Shown here piece by piece: positions 1 to 10,401 of a stretch of DNA of 64,000 bases. A model generated the notes under the pieces. It saw only the letters and a program-made list of their open reading frames with translations. It did not search any database and was not told the origin of the DNA. Positions within the stretch are counted from its first letter, which is position 1, and every line of letters starts with the position of its first letter. This DNA is from Verrucomicrobiota bacterium (GTDB taxonomy: Bacteria > Verrucomicrobiota > Verrucomicrobiia > Limisphaerales > UBA9464): positions 5,171-69,170 of the forward strand of contig VHCX01000006.1 in assembly GCA_016871615.1 (NCBI GenBank). Direction: 5' to 3'. A program made the translations under genes and the position numbers.

Positions 1-1757
1 TCGGAGACAGGGTCGAGGACATGATCCCGCATCGCCTGGGAGAAGGGCCATTGGATCCCGCCCAAGGCATCGATGGCACGGTACCCGTCGATGCCCGTGA
101 TGTCGCACGGCCGGCCTCGACTCAATCGTTTCAGGAGACCGAACACCGCCTCGGGTGTCTGCCAGTCCGCGAACAGGTCGGCGCATCCCCACGCCTCGGC
201 AATGAGGCGGAAGATGTGGAAGTCGGACAACGCCTGCCCGGGGGGCCGACGGACTCGCTTTACCAACCCCAGACGGCGTTCGCTGTTGATGAACGTTCCT
301 TCCTTCTCCCCCCAACCGGCCGCCGGCAACAGCAGGTCCGCACGCTGGGCGGTCTCGGTGGTGGTGTACAGATCCTGGACCACCAGGAACTCCAGACGAC
401 CCAGCAACTCGTTGAACCGGCGCTGCTGGATCCAGGAATGGGAGGAGTTCGTGGCGATGATCCAAAGGCCGCGGATCGCCCCCGACTCGATCCCGTCGAC
501 GATGCGGTCATAGGCCCAGGAATTCTCCGAGGGCACGGTGCCCGCCGGCAGCCCCAGGAGCGATTCCACCTCGAGCCGGGCGGCCGGATCGGCGAAGTCG
601 CGCCCGCCGAAAAGGTTGGTCACGTTGGAGAAGAGGCGAGACCCCATGGCATTGCATTGGCCGGTGATGGAATTGGCCCCGGTCCCGGGCTTGCCGATCT
701 GCCCGGTCATCAACGCCAGGTTGATGATCGCCTGGGCGGTGCGGGTCGACTCGTGCCCCTGGTTCACCCCCATGGTCCACCAGTACGAGACCCGGGGCCG
801 GGTCGCGATGCGCTCCACCAGCGTCTCGAACAGATCGAGCGGGATCTTCGCCTCGGCGCACACCTGTTCCGGGGTGAAGTCGCTGACAGCGGCCGCGAAC
901 GCCTCGAAGCCCCGGGTGTGGGCCTCGATGAACGCGCGATCCACCGCCCCCCGACGGATCAGCGCCGAGGCCACGCCATAGAGCAGGACGAGGTCGGATT
1001 TCGGAGCCAGCGGAACGTGAAGGGTCGCGCCCATGGCGGTCTCCGTCCGACGGGGATCCAGCACGATGATCTCCGGCGAACGCCGATTCTGAAGCACCCG
1101 CTGCCACAGGATCGGGTGCGCGACCGCGGGATTGGAGCCCACGAACACGAGGCAATCCGACTCCTCGAAATCGGCGTAGGTGTAGGGCGGGGCATCGAAG
1201 CCCAGACTCTGCTTGTAGGCGACATGCGCCGTCGCCATGCACTGGCGCGTGTTGGAGTCGCAATGCAGACCGCGCATGCCGAACTTGAAGAGGGCGCCCA
1301 GCAGCGCCATCTCCTCGGTGCAGATCTGGCCGGTGCTCAGGAAGGCGATGGATTGCGGCCCCCAGTTCTGTTGCACCGATTTCATCCGCGACACGAAGGC
1401 ATGAAGAGCCTTGGACCAGACCACCGGTTCCATCGCACCGGTGGCGGGATTCCGAAGCAGGGGCGTCGTGGCCCGGTCCGGGGCATCCAAGGCGGCCAAG
1501 GCCTCCCAACCCTTCGGACAAGCCATGCCTTGGTTCACGGGAAAGCGCGGATCCGGGCTGAGGTTGACCGCCTCGCCATTGACCAAGTGGGCCGTGAGGC
1601 CACACCCGGTGGCGCAGTAACCACAGACAATTCCCGTGGTTGCGTCGGGCTTCAGGCGGGCGGGCACCTGGCCCAATCCAAACCCGCCCGGCACCCGGGC
1701 CAGGTCGGTGGTCAACGGCCCATCCCAGGCCCTCCAGGGGATTCGCGGAAGATTCAT
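1..1757 (-). CDS. Assimilatory nitrate reductase catalytic subunit (Mo-bisPGD, NasA/NarB-like), 3' end outside window
   Basis: Not in the ORF track; translated by hand from ATG 1757, which overlaps the upstream stop (ATGA). Contains CGYCATGC...CPKG 4Fe-4S motif, DSNTRQCMA Mo-ligand region and GQCNAMGSR. No twin-arginine signal. Confidence 0.9.
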   Translation of the reverse strand, partial: MNLPRIPWRAWDGPLTTDLARVPGGFGLGQVPARLKPDATTGIVCGYCATGCGLTAHLVNGEAVNLSPDPRFPVNQGMACPKGWEALAALDAPDRATTPLLRNPATGAMEPVVWSKALHAFVSRMKSVQQNWGPQSIAFLSTGQICTEEMALLGALFKFGMRGLHCDSNTRQCMATAHVAYKQSLGFDAPPYTYADFEESDCLVFVGSNPAVAHPILWQRVLQNRRSPEIIVLDPRRTETAMGATLHVPLAPKSDLVLLYGVASALIRRGAVDRAFIEAHTRGFEAFAAAVSDFTPEQVCAEAKIPLDLFETLVERIATRPRVSYWWTMGVNQGHESTRTAQAIINLALMTGQIGKPGTGANSITGQCNAMGSRLFSNVTNLFGGRDFADPAARLEVESLLGLPAGTVPSENSWAYDRIVDGIESGAIRGLWIIATNSSHSWIQQRRFNELLGRLEFLVVQDLYTTTETAQRADLLLPAAGWGEKEGTFINSERRLGLVKRVRRPPGQALSDFHIFRLIAEAWGCADLFADWQTPEAVFGLLKRLSRGRPCDITGIDGYRAIDALGGIQWPFSQAMRDHVLDPVS

Positions 1758-3292
1758 GGTCTCTCTTGGTCGCGGGAATCGACATCGGCCAGGAATCCCC
1801 CGGCGAAGAACCGCCAGCGCTCGAACATCGACAACCCGGTCAGGAGCAGCAGGGCGAGGATCGATACCCACGAAGGCCCAACCATCAGACCCCAGCCCAC
1901 ACCCCACCCCATCAGGACGGTTCCGGCGAACCGCGGACCGGTGCGCCGTGAGCGCCACCCTGCGCGACCGGTGACAACGTAGACCTGGATCTGCGCCACC
2001 GTCGTCAGGACCAGGAGCACCAGCAGACCAGAGGCGACACCCTGGAACCCCCGCAGCGGAGCCGGGAATGCCGGCACCCAGGCCAGCCCCGCGATCCACC
2101 CGGTGAAGAGCAGCGAGACCGAAGAGAACGCGCCCAGAGCCAGCGCCTCGCGACTCAACCAACTGGTCTTCCAGCCCATCCAGATGCGCCAAGCCTTGAG
2201 CGGTTGTCCCAAGTGGAACACCGATGCGATCAATCCGGCGTGGACCCACAGACAACCCAGCGCGGCCACCGCGGCGTCCCTCCCCGTGGGGATCCGCCCG
2301 GACATCCCCGTCCCCAGGGCCACTGCGGCGAGGATTCCGCCCCCCCATTGGGTGAGCACCAGCATCGCGATCAACGGCCAATGGGCGTCCCTCCGGCACG
2401 GGGTCCCGGTCACGGGGCGGGACTCCAGTCCATCCATCGGGCGCCTCGAGCGGTACACCGTCGAGGGCACGGTGATCGAGGCCGGGGGCATCCCGGGCAG
2501 GGAGCATCCGCCGTCGCGATGGCCGGCGGTCGACGCCTCTCCTCGACATCGATCGATCGTCGCAGCCACCGGGACACGCGTGATCCGGATGGCTTCGTTG
2601 GGGCAGGCCTGCACGCACGCCGGGGCCTCCCCCGCCTGGAGTCGTCCCTGGCACAGGTCGCACTTGCGCACGATGCCCCGGGATTCCGAGAACTTCGGCA
2701 CCTCGTACGGGCAGGTGAAGATGCAGTAGCTGCACCCGATGCACTGGTCGTCGAGATGGCGGACGATGCCGGTGAGCGGATCCTTCTCGTAGGCCAGCAC
2801 CGGGCAGCCCTTCAGGCAACCGGGATCCACGCAATGGTGGCAGGCGGACGTGACCGCCAGGGTCACCGCTTCCGGGCGGGGGGTTTGGGGAACCGGACGG
2901 GAAGCGACCATGAGGCGGATCTCGCGCCAGGATTCCTCGGGTTCCAGCCCGTTGAGCGAATGGCAGGCCACGACGCAGGCCTTGCAGGAGGAGCACTGGT
3001 CGAGGTCGACCTCGAACGCGTACTGCTCCCCGGGCCCGGGAGGGGTGGCCGGCAAGAGGGCCCGGTAGCGCTGCTCCAGCAACGGGGCGCGCGCATCGGC
3101 CTGGCGCTGGCTGAAGCGCTCGACGGCGGTCAGTCGCCGCTGCTCGGCCACGAACGCGTCCACCAACGTCTCAAGAGGATCCTCCGGAACGGTGGCTGCG
3201 GACGATGGTGATGGGGGGGTCACCGGTGGGGACAAGGGCTCAAGGGCGATTCGGGCTCTCCGAGAACAACTCCTGGAGTCGTCCAAGGTCAT
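1754..3292 (-). CDS. 4Fe-4S dicluster (DmsB-like) domain fused to DmsC-like membrane anchor
   Basis: [37 protein letters not shown] and KCDLC...PACVQACP, followed by TM helices with [20 protein letters not shown] and SWLSRE. Start may instead be GTG at 3223. Confidence 0.85.
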   Translation of the reverse strand: MTLDDSRSCSRRARIALEPLSPPVTPPSPSSAATVPEDPLETLVDAFVAEQRRLTAVERFSQRQADARAPLLEQRYRALLPATPPGPGEQYAFEVDLDQCSSCKACVVACHSLNGLEPEESWREIRLMVASRPVPQTPRPEAVTLAVTSACHHCVDPGCLKGCPVLAYEKDPLTGIVRHLDDQCIGCSYCIFTCPYEVPKFSESRGIVRKCDLCQGRLQAGEAPACVQACPNEAIRITRVPVAATIDRCRGEASTAGHRDGGCSLPGMPPASITVPSTVYRSRRPMDGLESRPVTGTPCRRDAHWPLIAMLVLTQWGGGILAAVALGTGMSGRIPTGRDAAVAALGCLWVHAGLIASVFHLGQPLKAWRIWMGWKTSWLSREALALGAFSSVSLLFTGWIAGLAWVPAFPAPLRGFQGVASGLLVLLVLTTVAQIQVYVVTGRAGWRSRRTGPRFAGTVLMGWGVGWGLMVGPSWVSILALLLLTGLSMFERWRFFAGGFLADVDSRDQERP

Positions 3293-5063
3293 GCCTCGAG
3301 GTGAAGCCCTGGAAGGTTTCTCCCGGTTGCCGGTCGCGCAGATAGACCTTCAGCATGCGCTCCAGCAGCGGACCCAATTCCTCGACGATCACCCCTTGGA
3401 ACACCGCACGCCCGATCGCCTGCCGCGAACCGAATCCCCCTCCCACGAAGACATGGTAAGCCTCCTGGGCCTGCCCCCCGCGCTTGAGTTGCGTGCCCAG
3501 GAGCCCGATGTCGCCCATGTAATGCTGGGCGCAGGAGTTCGGGCATCCGGTAAGGTGGATGTTCACCGGTTGGTCCAGGCTCACGCGGGAGTCGAGCCAT
3601 TCGATCAATTGCAGGGCGTGGCCCTTGGTGTCGGATGCGGCGAACCGGCAATGCCGATTGCCGGTGCAGGCGATGAATCCCCCCCGAAGCGCGCTGGACC
3701 TCCAATCGAGACCCATCTTCACCAGGGCCTTCTTCACCGTCTCGACGTAGGCCTCGGGGATGTTCGGCACGATCAGGTTCTGCCACACGGTCAGCCGGAC
3801 CTCGCCGCTCCCGTACAACTCGGCCAACTCGGCCAGACGCCGCAGTTGCCTGGAGGTGATCTGCCCCACGGGCACCGCGACACCCACCCAATATCGGCCG
3901 GCTTGTCGCTGCTGGTGAACCCCCAGGTGCGGGTGCTGGCTGGCGGGAGCCGAGTCACTGGCCGCGACCGCAGCCTCGGAGCCCGGGGGTATGCCCATCA
4001 AGGCACGTCCCAACCGCGTCTCCGTCTCGGTTCGAAAGCGATCCAGCGTCCAATGCTCGAGCAGATGCTTGAGCCGGGCACGCTTGCGGTCGGTCCGGTC
4101 GCCATGGGCGAGATAAACCCGGAGCATGGCCGCAGTGACTGGGATCACTTCGGAAGGCGTCACCAAGACACCCAGGTCCCGCGCGAAGGATTTGTGACCG
4201 GTGGCCCCGCCCAGCAGACATCGGAAGTACAACCCCGCGGGCACGACGTCCGTCAGGAGATCTCCAGGCCGGAAGCCGCTGACACCCTCGGCCTGGAGCT
4301 CTGCAGGCGACCAGACCCGCACGGCCTTCCATCCGATGTCGTTGGTGTCCTCCACCGTCGGGATCGATCCGCCTCCATGGAAGGCGATGTTGAACTTCCG
4401 GGGCAGATCGTAGAACTCGCGGTGGTTCAGTATGAGCTGCCCCAGCTGGAGGGTCAGGGGCAGCGTCTCCAGGCGCTCGGACGGATCGAGACCGCTGGTC
4501 GGATCGCAGGTCAGGTTGCGGATGTTGTCGGCTCCGGCGCCCCGGGTGTGCAGGCCGACCGCCTGGATGCGTCTCAGGAATTCCGGTGCGTCCCGGAATC
4601 GGAGGTGTCGCACCTGGAGATTCGCCCGGGTGGTGATCTGCAGGTAGCCGGTGGTGAGGCTGTCGGTCACGGCGGCGATCTCCCGGAGCTGGGCCGAGGT
4701 CAGTTGGCCTCCCGGAATGCGGAGACGGGCCATGTACCCCTCGTTCATCGGGCTCATGTAGAAGAGCCCCTGCCATTTGAAGCGGAACGCGTTGTCGGGA
4801 TCGGGCGCCTGGTCGGAAGCCGCGTGCTGCAGCAGGAGCGAATAGGCGTCCAGCGGGTGCAACTCCCGTTTGATGCGTTCCTGGTCGGTCAACTCGGAAA
4901 GGTCCGAAGCCGCCGCCACGGCGGCGACAGGAAGCGGGCTCGACGGCACGAGGTCGCCGAAGCCGAGACCGCGATTGCGGAGACCTGCAAAGAGGCCCTC
5001 GAGGTAGGCGGTCTGCTCGGCGTCGAGCGGTTGTCCGGAGACCTGTTGGAACGGGAGGCTCAT
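3240..5063 (-). CDS. nirA: Siroheme/4Fe-4S nitrite reductase (NirA family)
   Basis: RLRIPGG, ITTRANLQ, LPRKFNIA, ACTGNRHC...TGCPNSC motifs. Start re-assigned to MSLPFQ at 5063. Confidence 0.88.
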   Translation of the reverse strand: MSLPFQQVSGQPLDAEQTAYLEGLFAGLRNRGLGFGDLVPSSPLPVAAVAAASDLSELTDQERIKRELHPLDAYSLLLQHAASDQAPDPDNAFRFKWQGLFYMSPMNEGYMARLRIPGGQLTSAQLREIAAVTDSLTTGYLQITTRANLQVRHLRFRDAPEFLRRIQAVGLHTRGAGADNIRNLTCDPTSGLDPSERLETLPLTLQLGQLILNHREFYDLPRKFNIAFHGGGSIPTVEDTNDIGWKAVRVWSPAELQAEGVSGFRPGDLLTDVVPAGLYFRCLLGGATGHKSFARDLGVLVTPSEVIPVTAAMLRVYLAHGDRTDRKRARLKHLLEHWTLDRFRTETETRLGRALMGIPPGSEAAVAASDSAPASQHPHLGVHQQRQAGRYWVGVAVPVGQITSRQLRRLAELAELYGSGEVRLTVWQNLIVPNIPEAYVETVKKALVKMGLDWRSSALRGGFIACTGNRHCRFAASDTKGHALQLIEWLDSRVSLDQPVNIHLTGCPNSCAQHYMGDIGLLGTQLKRGGQAQEAYHVFVGGGFGSRQAIGRAVFQGVIVEELGPLLERMLKVYLRDRQPGETFQGFTSRHDLGRLQELFSESPNRP

Positions 5064-5092
5064 GGGGTGGGGTTCATCGGGATCGAGCGTCT

Positions 5093-6913
5093 TCAGTACA
5101 CGTCCTTCTGGTAGCGCCCCTCGGACTGAAGGCGCTCGAGGTATTCCGAGGCCTTTTCCTCGGTGCGACCTCCCGCGGTCCGGATCACCGTCCGGAGCGC
5201 CGCCTCGACATCCTTGGCCATCCGTCGCGCATCGCCGCAGACGTAGAAATGCGCCCCTTCCTCCAGCCACTGCCACAGGGCCTGGGACTGCTCCCGCATG
5301 CGGTCCTGGACGTAGACCTTGGACTCCTGATCGCGACTGAAGGCCAGATCGAGCCGGGTGAGGAACCCGTCTTGATGCAGCGGGTCCAACTCCGAGGAAT
5401 ACAGGTAATCGGTGGCTCGGCGCTGATCGCCGAAGAAGAGCCAGTGCTTCCCGGTGGCCCCGATGGCGCGCCGCTCCTGCAGGAAGGCGCGGAACGGGGC
5501 GATCCCGGTGCCGGGGCCCACCATGATCATGGGCCGTGACGGGTCGCCGGGCGGCCGGAAATGGCGACTGACCTGGACGAAGACCGGGACCGGTGTCACT
5601 CCCGGGATCACCCGGTCGGCCAGCCAACACGAAGCCACTCCAAGCCGGGCTCGACCATGGGCTTCGTAGCGGACGGTCCCCACCGTGAGGTGCACCTCAC
5701 CGGGGTGCGCCTTCGGGGAGGAAGAGATGGAATACAGGCGGGGTTGGAGCGGCCGCAGCAGCGGGCCCAATTCCACGGCATCGAGACGGGCCTCGGGAGC
5801 CGATCGGAGTGCGTCCAGCACGTCGCGCCCGGCCATCCAGGATTCAAGGTTGGGGCGCCGGGACGGCTCCAAAAGGGAGGCGATGAGGGAACCGGGGGCC
5901 AGCTCCGCCAAACGCTTCAAGAGGGCCGGCGATGGCTGGGTCAGCACCCACCGGTTCGTGAGGGCCTCTGCGAGAGTGGTCGATTCGGCGGGGACCGTCG
6001 GGCCAAGCCCCACCGACACCGTCGGATCGAGACCGAGGGCCTCCAAGATCCCGTCGACCAGCGCCGGATCATTCGACGGCTGAACCCCCAAGGCGTCACC
6101 CGCTTCGTACACGAAAGAAGCATCGTCGAGCTCGATCTCGATGTGCCGTGTATCCTTGGACGATCCCTCGCCATTGAGTCGTCGGGCCACCCGCAGGCGG
6201 GCCGGATAGGGATGGCGGCGAGTCCATGGACTGGCGGCCGCCGGTGTCTCCGGACTCGGGCCCGACCCCGGCCCCACGGTAGGGCCAGGGATCGGCGACA
6301 CGACGCAGGGAGGCGCGTCGACCGGTTCGACCGAGTCGAGGGAGGGCCACACGGCCTCCATCCAGGCCGTGAACGGAGCCCGATCCCCGCCGTCGCATTC
6401 GGCGCGGGGCGCCACGCGCCGGGCGCCCAGGGCCTCCAGGCGCTCATCGATCCTGCGGGCGGCACCGCAGAAATCGGCGTAGTTCCGATCGCCCAGGCCA
6501 AGCACCGAATACCGGAGGGACCCCAACCGCGGAGCCGCACCCTCACTCAGCCGGGACCAGAATCCGGCGGCATTGTCGGGCGGTTCACCATCGCCCCAGG
6601 TCGAGCACACCACCAGCAGGCGCTCCAATCCCGAGAGCTCATCCGGGCTGATGCTGTCCAGCTCCCGCAGCGTGACCAGGAACCCCTTGGACTCGGCCGC
6701 CTTTGCCACCTTCTTGGCCAGTCCCGAGGCGGAACCGGTCTGCGACCCGAATCCGATCCAAAGTGGTCGCGACGGGGCGACCGGCGGCGGCGCATCGGGA
6801 ACGGTCCCCGGGACTGCGGATCCCAACCGATCGAAGAGCGAGGCGGCCAGGAACCCGTTAAGCCATGCGCGCTGCTCCCGGCTGAACGGAGCAGTTTCCG
6901 GCACGATGTTCAT
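5093..6913 (-). CDS. CysJ-like diflavin (FMN/FAD/NADPH) reductase
   Basis: Flavodoxin GSQTGSA and STWGDGEPPDNA; FAD motif PRLYSISSS; GPGTGIAPFR; YVCGDA; C-terminal RYQKDVY. Confidence 0.9.
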   Translation of the reverse strand: MNIVPETAPFSREQRAWLNGFLAASLFDRLGSAVPGTVPDAPPPVAPSRPLWIGFGSQTGSASGLAKKVAKAAESKGFLVTLRELDSISPDELSGLERLLVVCSTWGDGEPPDNAAGFWSRLSEGAAPRLGSLRYSVLGLGDRNYADFCGAARRIDERLEALGARRVAPRAECDGGDRAPFTAWMEAVWPSLDSVEPVDAPPCVVSPIPGPTVGPGSGPSPETPAAASPWTRRHPYPARLRVARRLNGEGSSKDTRHIEIELDDASFVYEAGDALGVQPSNDPALVDGILEALGLDPTVSVGLGPTVPAESTTLAEALTNRWVLTQPSPALLKRLAELAPGSLIASLLEPSRRPNLESWMAGRDVLDALRSAPEARLDAVELGPLLRPLQPRLYSISSSPKAHPGEVHLTVGTVRYEAHGRARLGVASCWLADRVIPGVTPVPVFVQVSRHFRPPGDPSRPMIMVGPGTGIAPFRAFLQERRAIGATGKHWLFFGDQRRATDYLYSSELDPLHQDGFLTRLDLAFSRDQESKVYVQDRMREQSQALWQWLEEGAHFYVCGDARRMAKDVEAALRTVIRTAGGRTEEKASEYLERLQSEGRYQKDVY

Positions 6914-6934
6914 GCGGGTGTTCAGGTTCGCGAC

Positions 6935-8533
6935 TCAGAAGTTCACCTGTGCCTGCACATAGACGTAGTCCGCATCCTGTGAACCCACCTTCGAGAGCGA
7001 GTCCCGGATGTAGTCACCCCGGAGGAAGCGGCAATAGGCGGCCTCGAGCACGAGGTATTTGCTGGCCTGCCACGTGGCCACAAGGTCGATCTCGGAACCG
7101 ACAAAGGAACCGGCGTCGGGATTGATTCCGTAACCGGTCCCGCGGGCAGCGGCGCCCTGGAAGGTCATGCCACCCCGGGGGAGCCCAGCGACGTTGTAGA
7201 AGTTGTCGTTGGCCGTCGCCAACCACTTCAGGTGACCTTCGAGCTGGACGCGCAACCGGGGGGTGGCGAGCAGGGAACTGCGAAGGCGCACGTTGTGCAG
7301 ATTCTGAAAGGAGGCGAAGTCGGCGTAGCCGTAGAAGAGATGGCCGGTGGGATAGAGGTGGACGAAGGTCTCGTGGGTGCCGTCGGTGGGGTTGTTGTCA
7401 CCGCTGGCGACGCTGTATTCGAGGCCGAGGCGCGGCTGGAGCTCCGATTCCTTCCAGGTGTATCCGCCGGAGATGACCCCGGCCCAGGCGCGATGCTCCC
7501 TCCGCGGACCCATTCCGGCGGCTTCCCGGGCGTCGGCAAAGTTGCCGAACTGGTAGTAGGCCTGGGCCCCCCAGTCGACGTTGACCCAGTCGTTGGTGGA
7601 ACTGCGGACATACGTGCCTGCGGTGTAGATGTCCTGCGCCTCCGGCGGCCGGAAGGGTGCGGGAGTCAACCCCCGGTTCCCGGCATTGGCATCGCGCCCC
7701 GCATTGCGGCTCAGGAAGTAGAGCTCGGTCCAGGTCTTGGGGATGGCCTTGGTGGTGAGGTGCAGCCCCGAGAAGAGTTCGTCCGGGTTCGATCGGTTGA
7801 AGCCGTTGTCGTCGGGCATCACCACCATCGAGCTCCATCCCTCCACGGCGAAGTACGGGTTTTGCCAGCGCACCTTGGCCGCATCCCATTGCCGGCCGAT
7901 GTTGTTCCAGGCCAGCGGACCGACGATCCGTTGCTCGCCGAGGAGCAGTTCCTGGCGCCCCACCTTGAGCGACACGGGAAACTCCTTGTGGTTGCCAAGG
8001 AAGACATAGGCTTGCTGAAGGTCCATGGGACCGTCCGACTCGGGGCTGCTGCCTTTGCCCGCCGACGCTGCCGGATAGGCCGGGATGGCAACCCCGTTCA
8101 GGGTCCTTGCCTGGGTCACGCCGTTGCCCGTGCTGGACCGGTCGTCGCCGGTGACGGTGCTGGAGCGGCCTTGCGCGAAGACCTCGAACCAACGCCCGGT
8201 ATAGCCTGCTCGGATGAGAACCCGCTGGAGCAGATAGCTGTTGTCGTTGTCGGTGTCGGTGCGGAAGTCCGCCAGGGATCCGGGGCCGGTGAAGCCGCCA
8301 TTCTGCTTGATCTCATAGCGACCCCAATAGAGCGCGCCGAGGTTCCAGGAGGAGAGGTACGGATTGTCCTGCCGCAGCCAGTCGTTGATGTAGCCGGCGG
8401 GCGACGGGGCAACCGGCGTGGTCACCCCCCAGTCGGGACTGGGAGGACCGGCGTTGGCGGCGCCGGGGGTGAGGGCCAGAGAGGCGAGGCTGGTGATGGC
8501 GGCCAGGCGGAGGACCGTCGCGGAGGGTTTCAT
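6935..8533 (-). CDS. Outer-membrane porin, alginate export (AlgE-like) family
   Basis: Signal peptide from MKPSAT; GRQEL..GEQRIVG..W.N, ASGD..P.DG..ETF..LYPTGH and GSEIDL motifs; C-terminal Phe. Confidence 0.75.
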   Translation of the reverse strand: MKPSATVLRLAAITSLASLALTPGAANAGPPSPDWGVTTPVAPSPAGYINDWLRQDNPYLSSWNLGALYWGRYEIKQNGGFTGPGSLADFRTDTDNDNSYLLQRVLIRAGYTGRWFEVFAQGRSSTVTGDDRSSTGNGVTQARTLNGVAIPAYPAASAGKGSSPESDGPMDLQQAYVFLGNHKEFPVSLKVGRQELLLGEQRIVGPLAWNNIGRQWDAAKVRWQNPYFAVEGWSSMVVMPDDNGFNRSNPDELFSGLHLTTKAIPKTWTELYFLSRNAGRDANAGNRGLTPAPFRPPEAQDIYTAGTYVRSSTNDWVNVDWGAQAYYQFGNFADAREAAGMGPRREHRAWAGVISGGYTWKESELQPRLGLEYSVASGDNNPTDGTHETFVHLYPTGHLFYGYADFASFQNLHNVRLRSSLLATPRLRVQLEGHLKWLATANDNFYNVAGLPRGGMTFQGAAARGTGYGINPDAGSFVGSEIDLVATWQASKYLVLEAAYCRFLRGDYIRDSLSKVGSQDADYVYVQAQVNF

Positions 8534-8600
8534 TGGGGGGAGGATGCGGTTTGGGTTATGGTTTGGACTTTGGGCCTTGGAAATGCGGGCGCTGTCCTGG

Positions 8601-9467
8601 TTACGCGGCGACAGGCGCAGCAGGCGAAGCGGCGGCAGGCGAACCGTGGTCTCCGTCCGTGGCACGCCCGCGGGGAGTCTGCCCCTTGAGGGTGTAGGCA
8701 CGCACATGGAGGAACTCGATGAGTTGCTCGCGGAGGCGGTAGTATTCCGGATCCTCGAGCAACTCCTGACGGCGGCGCGGGCGAGCGAAGGGAACGTGCA
8801 GGATTTCCCCTACTTCCGCCTCGGGGCCATTGGTCATCATCACGATGCGATCCGACAGGAAGAGCGCCTCGTCGACGTCATGGGTCACCATGAGAGCGGT
8901 GAGTCGGGTTCGGTTCCAGAGGTCGAGCAGCACCTGCTGAAGCTCGTAGCGGGTGAGCGAATCGAGCATCCCGAAGGGTTCATCCAGCAGCAGCATCTTG
9001 GGCGACAGCGCGAAGGCCCGTGCGATGCCCACCCGCTGGCGCATTCCCTGGCTCAGTTCGGAGGGAAGCTGATGCAGGGCTTCGCCCAATCCGACCACCG
9101 TCAGGTAGTACTCGGCGATCTGGCGGCGTTCCTCACGCGAGGCGGTATAGAACACCTGGTCGACCCCAAGCAGGACATTCTCGAGGGCGCTCATCCACGG
9201 GAGCAGGTTGGGGGCCTGGAACACGACCCCGCGGTCCGGGCCCGGGCCGGTGAGCTCACGACCGGCAAGGACGATGCCGCCGGCCGAAGCCTCGCTCAAC
9301 CCGGCCAGGATCGACAGGACGGTGCTTTTGCCGCACCCCGAATGGCCGATGAGGGAGACGAATTCCCCCTGCCGGATGCGCAGGTTGAAGTCCTTCACCA
9401 CACGCAGCGGACCCTTGGGGGTCGGGAAGACCTTGCTGAGGTGGGAGATCTCGACGTGGTCGGCCAT
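8601..9467 (-). CDS. Nitrate/nitrite ABC transporter ATP-binding protein (NrtD-like)
   Basis: [33 protein letters not shown]. Confidence 0.9.
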   Translation of the reverse strand: MADHVEISHLSKVFPTPKGPLRVVKDFNLRIRQGEFVSLIGHSGCGKSTVLSILAGLSEASAGGIVLAGRELTGPGPDRGVVFQAPNLLPWMSALENVLLGVDQVFYTASREERRQIAEYYLTVVGLGEALHQLPSELSQGMRQRVGIARAFALSPKMLLLDEPFGMLDSLTRYELQQVLLDLWNRTRLTALMVTHDVDEALFLSDRIVMMTNGPEAEVGEILHVPFARPRRRQELLEDPEYYRLREQLIEFLHVRAYTLKGQTPRGRATDGDHGSPAAASPAAPVAA

Positions 9468-9473
9468 GGGTGC

Positions 9474-10391
9474 CTAGGGGTTGAGGTCGACCGTCTCGCG
9501 ACGCTCCTCGGATCGCCTCCGCGGCCGGCGGCGACCGCCGATCAGGGGCTTCGGAATCTCGAGGTCCTCCGGCTCGAGGTCCGGCAGGATCAACTTGCGG
9601 GAGACGGAGACCGCCGGACGGGCCCCCGGGCCCAGCAACCAGGCGACAACCTCGGCCCGGAGCTCCTTGAAATGGGGATCGTGGTTGAGGGCGCGCCGGT
9701 CGCGCGTGGGATCCAGGACGACCGGGAACGACGGGCCAAGGGTGGCCCCCGGGCCGGCACTGAGCGGGATGATCCGGTCGGCCATGAGGATCCCCTCGTC
9801 GGGATCGTTGGTGATCAGCACGACGGTCTTGCCCGAGGCCCTGCAGATGCGGGATATCTCGTCCTGAAGGGTCCCCCGCGTGAGGGCATCGAGCGCGCCC
9901 AGCGGTTCATCGAGCAGGAGGATCTGCGGATCCATTGCCAAGGCCCGGGCCACCGACACGCGCTGACGCATGCCTCCGGACAACTCCCCGGGACGCCGAT
10001 CCCGCGCCGGTGTGAGATTGACCAGATGGATGTGACGATCCACCTGCTCGGCGCGCTGTGCCTCGGTCCACCCGGGGAAGACCGAATCCACGGCGAGGCG
10101 GATGTTCTCGGCCACGGTCATCCAGGGGAGCAGGCTGTAGTTCTGGAAGACCACCCCGCGGTCGGGGCCCGGGCCTTCGATGATGCGACCATCCAGGCGG
10201 ACGCTGCCGGTGTCGGGCTTGAGCAGTCCGGAGACGAGATGGAGCAAGGTGGATTTGCCGGCACCGGAGTAGCCGACGATGGCGATGATCTCGCCTTGCT
10301 CCACGGAGAGGTCCACGCCGCTGAGCACCTCCCGGCGTGCCTCAGGCGGCCCGAACCCCATGGAAACCTGGTTGATGACGAGGAAAGACAT
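9474..10391 (-). CDS. Nitrate/nitrite ABC transporter ATP-binding protein (NrtC-like)
   Basis: GYSGAGKS, VVFQNYSLLPW, LSGGMRQR. The H-loop reads ITND instead of ITHD. Confidence 0.88.
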   Translation of the reverse strand: MSFLVINQVSMGFGPPEARREVLSGVDLSVEQGEIIAIVGYSGAGKSTLLHLVSGLLKPDTGSVRLDGRIIEGPGPDRGVVFQNYSLLPWMTVAENIRLAVDSVFPGWTEAQRAEQVDRHIHLVNLTPARDRRPGELSGGMRQRVSVARALAMDPQILLLDEPLGALDALTRGTLQDEISRICRASGKTVVLITNDPDEGILMADRIIPLSAGPGATLGPSFPVVLDPTRDRRALNHDPHFKELRAEVVAWLLGPGARPAVSVSRKLILPDLEPEDLEIPKPLIGGRRRPRRRSEERRETVDLNP

Positions 10392-10401
10392 GGGAATCGG
10401 T

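Noticed and set aside
5093-6913. Calling the diflavin protein the sulfite reductase CysJ of a sulfur operon
   Set aside because: Its context is nitrate transport and NirA, there is no cysI/cysH, and cysN is 10 kb away in another unit.
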